From Euryarchaeota archaeon UBA88 (GTDB lineage Archaea; Thermoplasmatota; Poseidoniia; Poseidoniales; Poseidoniaceae): DNA of 64,000 nucleotides. Positions 1-6,765 of this stretch are shown here, in pieces. A program made the position numbers and the translations under genes. Each line of letters begins with the position of its first letter. The stretch's first letter is position 1. The DNA lies in contig DAME01000025.1 in the NCBI GenBank assembly GCA_002499545.1, positions 6,911 to 70,910 on the forward strand. Direction: 5' to 3'. Below the pieces are notes generated by a model. It was not told the DNA's origin and did not search any database. It was given only the letters and a program-made list of their open reading frames with translations.

Positions 1-1
1 G

Positions 2-292
2 GAGTTGGTCTTGCTCACCCAAGGAGGTCACACTTGGACGGTACAACTCGAGTTCATTGCCACTTCTCAGGAACCGTCATTCTTTGAACAGTGGCGCAGC
101 CCAGGAAATGTGTTGTTCATTGCCGGCTTACTGAGCGCACTGTGGGTACTGCTCGGCATGGTAGACTCGAAGCGTGAATCGACGAATAAGCGAACTATGG
201 AAACCGTCCACGTTCATCCTACGATGGAAGATAAAACAGAGGACAAGGTCACGGATGCATGGGGCCGAATCATCGATAAAAACGATGCTTAA
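2..292 (+). CDS. 3' fragment of a gene that begins upstream of the window; hypothetical membrane protein (hydrophobic segment FIAGLLSALWVLLGMV)
   Basis: Open frame from position 2 with no upstream stop inside the window. The track ORF 5..292 starts at an alternative TTG. Its last 4 nt overlap the endA start. Confidence 0.3.
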   Translation, partial: ELVLLTQGGHTWTVQLEFIATSQEPSFFEQWRSPGNVLFIAGLLSALWVLLGMVDSKRESTNKRTMETVHVHPTMEDKTEDKVTDAWGRIIDKNDA

Positions 293-1395
293 CGACCGGG
301 CTGCCAGCGCTTCATTTGAAGGCAGAACCATGAATCATCAGATTGAATTGCGCACAACCACTGTTTGTGGACTCCCTCAGCGAGACGGACTGCCAAGCAG
401 GCAGCATCCCATGTTTGGGGCGCAGCATGATGTGGTTGAATGAGCCATGGAGCGTGAGCTTCGCCAACCGAACCATCGTAAGCGCGCCAGCGGCAACCGT
501 ACTTGAAACCAGGTCGTAGAAGTAGACCGAGTCCCATGAGATAATCGTAAAGTCGCAGACTTGACGGAATCGCCTTTGACTCGAGGAGAGATTCCAAGAA
601 CACGCCTTCTTCATAACGAAGGTGGCGTCCAGAAAGATGCTCGACACCAATTGATTCCCAGGGCCATATCTGACACGGAATATACCACCCAGTGCCACGA
701 GAAATTTTCAGGCCCCAAAGACGAGCTAATTCAGCACGATGCTCAGAAGTGAATGAATCCCACAAGTCTTGGCGACCGGTTGGGACTTCTTGGTTGAGGA
801 GATACATGGTGACGTCCATTTCCTCATCAATGACAAAAAGTTCGGCTGCACGTCCAAGTGATTGAACTGTTCGAGTCCACTGAAGGAGTTCCTCCCAATT
901 AATTTCGTCCGTAGTCCAGGCCCAGCGCACGTGTGCAACGGGTTCTTCTTTGGTGAAAACTTGCCCACGATCCCATCGCAGAGCCCACGTATTTCTTACT
1001 TGGTTTAATTGGCGGTCCTGGGGAACATGAGACAATGGAATAACCAATTCTCCACCACTGCGAGCAACGTCAAAGATGATTGAACGTGCAATCAAATCTG
1101 AATCTGAACGCACAGCGGATTCAAACCAATCAGTCGATGGAAGGGGGACATGTCGCTGCCAATGGCAAAAAAGAATCTCTTCACCGTTGACGCGGATTGA
1201 ATCATCGTCCATCCGAAGACCTAGTCCACTTTTTTGATGTAAGCGAACAGAAAGAGGCGCCTCAATGTACCAGTGACCGTCAATTGCAACGGGAGGTGAA
1301 TGGGGAACGGAAGGTGCTTGATTATCAGAAAGCGATTGGCCAATGGGTCGGGTTGAACGCTGACGAGGGATGAACTTCCGGTTCTGTCTCGCCAT
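289..1395 (-). CDS. endA: tRNA-splicing endonuclease, duplicated (alpha2-type) EndA
   Basis: 368 aa. The C-terminal catalytic repeat contains GFKYGCRWRAYDGSVGEAHAPWLI, matching the EndA G-x-K-(F/Y)-G-x-D-F-x-x-Y...H-(S/A) catalytic-domain signature with Tyr, His and downstream Lys present. The length fits archaeal homodimeric enzymes with an N-terminal pseudo-repeat. ATG start verified. Confidence 0.72.
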   Translation of the reverse strand: MARQNRKFIPRQRSTRPIGQSLSDNQAPSVPHSPPVAIDGHWYIEAPLSVRLHQKSGLGLRMDDDSIRVNGEEILFCHWQRHVPLPSTDWFESAVRSDSDLIARSIIFDVARSGGELVIPLSHVPQDRQLNQVRNTWALRWDRGQVFTKEEPVAHVRWAWTTDEINWEELLQWTRTVQSLGRAAELFVIDEEMDVTMYLLNQEVPTGRQDLWDSFTSEHRAELARLWGLKISRGTGWYIPCQIWPWESIGVEHLSGRHLRYEEGVFLESLLESKAIPSSLRLYDYLMGLGLLLRPGFKYGCRWRAYDGSVGEAHAPWLIQPHHAAPQTWDAACLAVRLAEGVHKQWLCAIQSDDSWFCLQMKRWQPGR

Positions 1396-1446
1396 AGCAT
1401 TGCGTAAGCACTGATACTTTTGAGTTCACGGGTAACCGATGCCCAT

Positions 1447-2442
1447 ATGAGCCGGCACCCCGTGGTAGTGTTGGGGAGCATCTTGGTGGACGGCTATCTC
1501 GGCTCATTGACAACCGAAGAGCGAATGCTGCTCCACTTGTGCGATAATATACTGCCCGAGGGAGAGTGGGAGGCGCCTGCCGCCCTAACACAAGCGGGAA
1601 TCTCAGCCGCAGTTCACGTCCAAAGAAAGCACGTACCACGTACGTTGAAGCGACTCGAAAAGCAGGGCGATATCGTCACGAGTAAACGGCATGTACCGGG
1701 CGCGAAGCAGCGTAGACACGTGTACGGATTAACTGCAAGTGGTCGTGAAAAGGCTGAGCTTCTCCGGGTTAATACTCTGAAGCAAACAGTCACATGCAGC
1801 GATGGCCAGACCGTTCTCAGCGATCTTCGCGGTGCCGCACAAGCGACATTGGATTTACTCTCCCACATCGATGAAGCAATGCACTACCATGAAAATCCGG
1901 TGGTCTCTCCTGTCTCGAATCCTGAAGGTGTCGCTTCGTTGGACGCACAAGCAGGTGAGCACCTTATTCGACGATTATTTGCTCGTGCATGGGAAGATGG
2001 AAGAATCACGAAAGATGAGCAATATCTTCTCAGTGAAGTTGTTGAATTTCTCGGAATGCATCCAGAACGAGTTCGACGACTCTCTGACGAGGCACGTCGG
2101 GAACAAAAAGCACCTCCTCCAGAGGAGATCTATCGAGATATGTTACGACAAGCCCTCATTGATGATGAACTGGTTGACGATGAAATCGCCTTGCTGGAAA
2201 CAGTTCGAATCGCTTATGGCTTTGACCGATTGACCCATGACAAATTACTCAACGAAGCGAAACAAACGCCACTTATTCCCGAAAATGTTCGTACTTACAA
2301 GTCTGCATTAAACACTGCAATGGATGACGGCGTCATCACTGAAGATGAGGGAGCAATGTTGAAGACCCTTCAAACAACACTCAACATCACCGATTCACAA
2401 CACGCAAGTTTACTTGCTGAGTTACGAGATACTATTGAATGA
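1447..2442 (+). CDS. Winged-helix DNA-binding protein with C-terminal TerB-like acidic repeats; putative transcription regulator
   Basis: N-terminal wHTH (HVPRTLKRLEKQGDIVTSKRH...RRHVYGLTASGREKAELL). Three repeats of the form D(D/E)G.IT.DE...L. (DGRITKDEQYLLSEVVEFLG, DDELVDDEIALLETVRIAYG, DDGVITEDEGAMLKTLQTTL). The track start 1420 is TTG; the first ATG is at 1447. Confidence 0.6.
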   Translation: MSRHPVVVLGSILVDGYLGSLTTEERMLLHLCDNILPEGEWEAPAALTQAGISAAVHVQRKHVPRTLKRLEKQGDIVTSKRHVPGAKQRRHVYGLTASGREKAELLRVNTLKQTVTCSDGQTVLSDLRGAAQATLDLLSHIDEAMHYHENPVVSPVSNPEGVASLDAQAGEHLIRRLFARAWEDGRITKDEQYLLSEVVEFLGMHPERVRRLSDEARREQKAPPPEEIYRDMLRQALIDDELVDDEIALLETVRIAYGFDRLTHDKLLNEAKQTPLIPENVRTYKSALNTAMDDGVITEDEGAMLKTLQTTLNITDSQHASLLAELRDTIE

Positions 2443-2457
2443 AAGGGAGCCGGTACT

Positions 2458-3519
2458 ATGGGAATGTCAGATGAAGAATTAGCGGTCTATGAAGAACTCT
2501 CGAAACTTAAAACTGAGTTGAAATCCAACGGTGATTCGAAAGTGGTTCTCATCGGCGACATCATGATGGATTGCTACATCCACGGATATGCGAACAATCT
2601 CAATTCAAGGGCACCAGTACCAGTTCTTCGCGAAACCATGCGTGAGGAAGATGTGGGCGCTGCTGCACATGTTGGTCGTGGACTCAAATCGATGGGAATG
2701 GAAAGTAGTTTATACGGAGTTGTGGGCGATGACAGGGCTGGTATGAATATTTTAGAATCCTTAAGTAAGGAAGGCGTTGGAACTGATGGAATTGCTATTG
2801 TCGATGGACGAATTACTACCGTTAAGACAAGGATGTTAGCGACACGTGAGAGCCTCGTGAGTGGTGAACAACTGTTGCTCCGATGGGATGTTGAAGACGA
2901 CCATCCAGTCCCTGCTGAAGCCTCCAAATCATTGTACGACCAAGCGATAACTGAGCTTGATGGAGCAGACGTACTGATCTTATCTGATTATGGACAAGGT
3001 GTCGTGAACGATGGTGGAGCAGAGCGAATTATTCGTGCTGCAAGGGAAAAAGCAGTTCCTATCGTTGCCGATCCGAAATTAACTGGATTGCACCGCACGC
3101 ATGGTGTAAATTGGATTCTCTTCCAAGCACAAGGCTTAGAATTAATGCGTAGAAGACTTGGAGTTTCAACGGGAAGTGAAGCTGCGCAACAACTTATTGA
3201 AGTTCATAATTGGGACCATTTAGTCGTTCTTTCGGGAGAAGGCGGGGTTACTATTTACTCCAAGAATCAGGAAATCGTTCACGCCCCGTGCACTCTCGAT
3301 GACTTGCGGCAGATGATTGGACTCATCGATGCGGCTGCTGTAGCAATCGCCGTTGCGATTTCGAAAAACATGAGTGTTCGAAATACTGCATTACTTGCAA
3401 ACGCTGCATGTGAATGTATTCTAGGTGCTGAACTCACCGAAGCGTTCGTTCTCAGCCGTGAAGATTTGGTCGATCGAATCGGTGAAATGTCTTGGAACCT
3501 CCAAGTTTCAAAACGCTGA
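2458..3519 (+). CDS. PfkB/ribokinase-family sugar kinase, similar to RfaE/HldE domain I (heptose-7-phosphate kinase)
   Basis: N-terminus KVVLIGDIMMDCYIHGYANNLNSRAPVPVL matches the RfaE kinase-domain signature (VLVxGDxMLDxY...SPEAPVPV). 353 aa. A strong Shine-Dalgarno sequence GAAAGGGAG lies 8 nt upstream of the ATG. Confidence 0.72.
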   Translation: MGMSDEELAVYEELSKLKTELKSNGDSKVVLIGDIMMDCYIHGYANNLNSRAPVPVLRETMREEDVGAAAHVGRGLKSMGMESSLYGVVGDDRAGMNILESLSKEGVGTDGIAIVDGRITTVKTRMLATRESLVSGEQLLLRWDVEDDHPVPAEASKSLYDQAITELDGADVLILSDYGQGVVNDGGAERIIRAAREKAVPIVADPKLTGLHRTHGVNWILFQAQGLELMRRRLGVSTGSEAAQQLIEVHNWDHLVVLSGEGGVTIYSKNQEIVHAPCTLDDLRQMIGLIDAAAVAIAVAISKNMSVRNTALLANAACECILGAELTEAFVLSREDLVDRIGEMSWNLQVSKR

Positions 3520-3528
3520 GGTGTTTCG

Positions 3529-4029
3529 ATGAGTTACTGGCCCAGGCCAACAACGGCAGATATTGGTCTACGTGCATTCGCATCAAGCGCTCACCGGCTT
3601 TTCACAGAGGCAACCATAGGAATGCAGAGTATCTTACTTTCTTCAAAGGGCGCTCTTGAATTGGATACACACGTTCGACATTCCTCACAGTGGCAGATTA
3701 TGTGCCACAAAAGCGGCTCCCAGATCGATTATGGATTGGTACTAATTCAGTGGTTAGAAGAAGTGCTCTACCGGAGCGAAGTCAAAGAGCAGTGGCTTGT
3801 TGACGCGCATTTCACCATTGAAGATCATTTAGAGGGAATTCGATTGAATGCGAATGTTTCATGGGTGAATGCAGATTGTGTTGAACGAGAAATAGAAATT
3901 AAAGCGGTCACGAGTCATGAGTTACAATTCAAAGAAATTCATGCGAATGAAGCGTTGACTTCGCCCTGGGAGGGCGTACCGGATTTTCAAGGACCGGGCT
4001 GGTTTTGCGATGTGGTATTCGATATTTGA
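3529..4029 (+). CDS. Archease (RtcB ligase cofactor / tRNA-processing chaperone)
   Basis: 166 aa. The N-terminal TTADIGLRAFASSAHRLFTEATIGMQSIL matches the archease HTADIG...LEEAF motif (the first His is Thr here). Internal IEIKAVTSHELQFKE and the C-terminal FDI end also match Pyrococcus archease. Confidence 0.78.
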   Translation: MSYWPRPTTADIGLRAFASSAHRLFTEATIGMQSILLSSKGALELDTHVRHSSQWQIMCHKSGSQIDYGLVLIQWLEEVLYRSEVKEQWLVDAHFTIEDHLEGIRLNANVSWVNADCVEREIEIKAVTSHELQFKEIHANEALTSPWEGVPDFQGPGWFCDVVFDI

Positions 4030-4265
4030 CCTACCAATCCATCCGTAGTCAGCCTGCTACCAATGTAAAAACCTACAGTATTCACAATGACGTCAGCGAA
4101 TTTGTTGGACCATTCTTCCACTGCAAATTCGTAGGGTAGAATCAGTTCAAGTGCTTCCCATCCCAGACTGAGAAGAAGAAAAATGCTCCAATGCTGAAGA
4201 ATATAGCGGCCAGTAAAAAACCAAATCAGAAAGTGTGAGACTGAATAGAGGTTGAGCATCGCCAT
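3987..4265 (-). CDS. Small hypothetical membrane protein (2 predicted TM helices)
   Basis: The track ORF 3987..4292 starts at TTG; the first ATG is at 4265. It overlaps the archease 3' end by 43 nt and lies next to the SRP RNA locus. It is hydrophobic (FLIWFFTGRYILQHWSIFLLLSLGW) but has no recognisable family, so it may be spurious. Confidence 0.28.
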   Translation of the reverse strand: MAMLNLYSVSHFLIWFFTGRYILQHWSIFLLLSLGWEALELILPYEFAVEEWSNKFADVIVNTVGFYIGSRLTTDGLVGQISNTTSQNQPGP

Positions 4266-4277
4266 AGGAGCACCAGA

Positions 4278-4580
4278 GAGTGGGAGGGCCAATGGTGGAC
4301 GACCGTACTCTTTGGCCTAGCCCACATACTTCCTCCATCCCGATACCCCACAGCACCCATGGCTCCGAGTAGGGCTGCTCCGTTCCCGGCCTGACCTATT
4401 CCCCCGGTTATCCAGTTCCTGTTTCCCTCCGGAAACAGTTCATGACACCCGAGTCATGTGGGGGCGAGACATCAACGTCCGCGTGTAGAAACCAAAAAGC
4501 CGCTTTCGCCGCCCAAAGGCGTTCAGCCCACCGTAAAGACGATTTGTGGTACAGGGTACGCCTAGCTCCCCACCTATCCC
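4278..4580 (-). ncRNA. Signal recognition particle RNA (7S / SRP RNA); boundaries approximate (about 20 nt either way)
   Basis: The minus strand contains AGGUCAGGCCGGGAACGGAGCAGCC. This matches the universally conserved helix-8 (domain IV) motif of SRP RNA (E. coli 4.5S: AGGUCAGGUCCGGAAGGAAGCAGCC), including a GGAA tetraloop closed by CCG/CGG. An adjacent 8-bp hairpin CUGUUUCC-GGAG-GGAAACAG fits helix 6 with a GNAR loop. The interval is 345 nt with no credible protein and sits between the archease and CcmE-like genes. A TATA-like TTCAAATAT lies about 25 nt upstream of the proposed 5' GGGAUAGG. Confidence 0.5.
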
Positions 4581-4599
4581 ATTCAGGCCTGCACAAGGT

Positions 4600-4608
4600 C
4601 ATATTTGA
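4600..4608 (-). promoter_or_regulatory. Candidate TATA box for the SRP RNA gene
   Basis: TTCAAATAT on the minus strand, about 25 nt upstream of the proposed GGG start. Confidence 0.25.
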
Positions 4609-4637
4609 ACGCAACCCAAGACTGGTGTGACGGAAAT

Positions 4638-5024
4638 TCACTCAGTCGCTTCTTCATACTTTGAAGGACAGGATGTTTTGATAACGTCAGAATGTAGCAC
4701 ATACTCCCCATCGACAAACTTCAATACTCCCTGTGCGTAAACCGTACGATTGTCACCCAGACCATTGGAAACAGATGCGTCGGCATAATCGATACGTAGC
4801 GTATGGGTGGTGCCGTGTAAAATAAATTCAAAGTTCGATTCGTCAATGCTACCGTCCAACACTTCACCCCGAATCGCAATTTCTTGGTCAACGTACTGTG
4901 ATGGGTCGTCCATTACTTCATCGATTTGACGTGTTGGTTCAGGGGCTTCCATCAACAACACACCAAGTAAGCCTATCGTGATGATTCCACCCAAAATGAA
5001 AATTCGAACACGCCGTGAATACAT
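4638..5024 (-). CDS. CcmE-like cytochrome c maturation heme chaperone (CxxxY variant), membrane-anchored
   Basis: N-terminal TM helix, OB-fold-like core and a C-terminal ...VLHSDVIKTSCPSKYEE. This resembles the archaeal/Desulfovibrio CcmE variant in which the heme-binding HxxxY is CxxxY. About 128 aa. The track start 5036 is GTG; the first ATG is at 5024. Confidence 0.5.
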   Translation of the reverse strand: MYSRRVRIFILGGIITIGLLGVLLMEAPEPTRQIDEVMDDPSQYVDQEIAIRGEVLDGSIDESNFEFILHGTTHTLRIDYADASVSNGLGDNRTVYAQGVLKFVDGEYVLHSDVIKTSCPSKYEEATE

Positions 5025-5036
5025 GATAATCCCCAC

Positions 5037-6185
5037 TTATTCATTCCCTTGAATTGCTCTGGACTCCGTGTGTGAAAAACCAATGGCTTCCTCGAACGTA
5101 GAATAGGGACTCTCACGTAATTTCTTGTGAAGGCCATGGACTACAGATTTGGTGAGACCCGCCCCCTCAAACACGAAACCAGAATATGCTTGCAATAAAC
5201 AAGCACCTGCGCCAATTTTCTCCCAAGCATCCTGTGCACTCATGATACCGCCTACACCAACTATCGGCCAATCGCCATCCGTAATCTGGTAGATTTTATG
5301 AATCATTTCAGTTGATCGATTAAGCAGTGGTGCACCGCTAAGACCACCGGTTTCAGCGAACACTTTTGCATCGGAGGACGAAGATGGAGTGCTACGCTCG
5401 ACTGTAGTGTTCGTAGCAACAATACCGTCGCAACCTGCCAGTCGTGCAGTTTTAACTACCGCATGAAGTTGATCATCAGTTAGATCTGGAGCAATTTTAA
5501 CCAGCAGTGGTTTCTGCGCTGTACCGTGTTTTTCGGACATCGTTTGGTTCACTCCTCGACAAGAATTGATGATAGATTCAAGTGCAGAATCATGCTGAAG
5601 TTCTCGAAGATTTGGCGTATTCGGTGATGAAACATTGATGACAAACACATCAACATACTTCCACAACCTCGTCATTGTCGTAGCATAATCGGCAGCAGAT
5701 TCTTCCAAGGGGGTTATTTTTGACTTGCCTAAATTGGCCCAAAGAGGCACACTTGGCTTCCCGATGTTGGTGATATGAGTCTTGAGAAAAGTAGCCGTTT
5801 TTTCGCTACCTGCATTGTTAAAGCCCATACGATTAACCAGTGCCATAGAATTGCTCGCTCGGAACATTCTAGGCTTAGGATTACCATCTTGTTCGTGCTG
5901 TGTAATACCACCAATTTCAATGAATGCAAGACCTAACGATTCCCAACCTCGCAGTGCTTCTGCTTTCTTATCGAGTCCTGCGGCAATACCAAACGGGTGC
6001 TGGTATGTTTGGCCAAAACGGGTGATTGGGAGATGCTTACGGGGTTTGTAGAGAAGTGAAAGAGTTGCGCGGAAGAGTGGATTGGATGATGCGATACGAA
6101 GAGCACGCAGTGCACGAGAGTGTGATTTTTCAGAGTCAAAGACGCGAAGGGCGGGACGCACCAATACGCGATAGCCAATGCCCAT
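5037..6185 (-). CDS. pyrD: Dihydroorotate dehydrogenase (quinone), class 2
   Basis: Motifs GFNNAG, VNVSSPNTPNLR, GGLSGAPL and IVGVGGI are typical of class-2 DHODH. The internal Met at MGIGYRVLVRPALRVFDSEKSHSRALRAL aligns with the class-2 N-terminus. The track ORF extends 47 codons further, to 6326. Confidence 0.85.
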   Translation of the reverse strand: MGIGYRVLVRPALRVFDSEKSHSRALRALRIASSNPLFRATLSLLYKPRKHLPITRFGQTYQHPFGIAAGLDKKAEALRGWESLGLAFIEIGGITQHEQDGNPKPRMFRASNSMALVNRMGFNNAGSEKTATFLKTHITNIGKPSVPLWANLGKSKITPLEESAADYATTMTRLWKYVDVFVINVSSPNTPNLRELQHDSALESIINSCRGVNQTMSEKHGTAQKPLLVKIAPDLTDDQLHAVVKTARLAGCDGIVATNTTVERSTPSSSSDAKVFAETGGLSGAPLLNRSTEMIHKIYQITDGDWPIVGVGGIMSAQDAWEKIGAGACLLQAYSGFVFEGAGLTKSVVHGLHKKLRESPYSTFEEAIGFSHTESRAIQGNE

Positions 6186-6765
6186 GTTACAGGGGTTGAA
6201 GCGGTATCCTTCAAGACTTCCGCCCCCTCCGACCGTTTGTGCGTATGGATAACCCCCTTTGGCCAGTTGTCCGCGAATCGGCACGTCGGCTGCTGCGACT
6301 GGATGGAATTCATTTAGAAATTCCATTTGAATTTAAGCAAGATTTCGACAGAGTCGTATTGGCAATGGCCGATTCACAGCCATCGCGTACGGTGTTTCCG
6401 AGCGTGACATATGGAGGGAATGCTACAGTACAGTTGATACTTTTGTCTCCGGAGGAAAGCCTCTCTGGGACGGTCGTCTTTATTGGCATGAAAGAACCTA
6501 AAAAAAATACTTGTTGGATAAAAAAGGACGTTGTTGAAGGCTGGAAGTTGCTTATGGAAACCACGCATGAACTCCTCAAGGCAGGTTACCCTGGATGTCT
6601 TGGATGTGGCGGTCCACATTCAGAGTTACCGTGGGATGAAGAAAAATCTCGACAGCGAATTCAAAACAATGAATGAATCTTCACATCAGTTCAGATACAA
6701 ATGTATCTGTACAAAACAAGTTCAAAGAGAGAGTTCAAGTATCCTCGACGACCCGATAGCAAAAC

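Noticed and set aside
312-968. Nested or antisense small ORFs within endA (312..698, 561..752, 726..968)
   Set aside because: They overlap a 368-aa gene with a clear catalytic-domain signature and have no independent support.
4300-4640. RNase P RNA as an alternative identity for the structured non-coding interval
   Set aside because: There is no GGAAAGUCCGGGC (P4) or ACAGAA-type conserved regions. The SRP RNA helix-8 signature is present instead.
4408-4641. Track ORFs 4408..4641 (minus) and 4442..4630 (plus)
   Set aside because: They overlie the predicted SRP RNA. Both are short, have no start context and have no homology.
6186-6326. 47-codon N-terminal extension of pyrD; similar upstream extensions on dinB (36812..36988), alaS (43660..43746), the MBL gene (39995..40075), PRODH (52039..52122) and rpoE' (58986..59057)
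   Set aside because: In each case an internal Met aligns with the conserved family N-terminus, and the extension has no counterpart in homologues. The track reports the longest ORF, including alternative start codons.
6239-6676. Track ORF of 145 aa in the pyrD-topA intergenic region
   Set aside because: It spans an AT-rich promoter-like stretch (6480-6540), overlaps the pyrD 5' extension antisense, and has no recognisable domain. It is more likely non-coding regulatory DNA.
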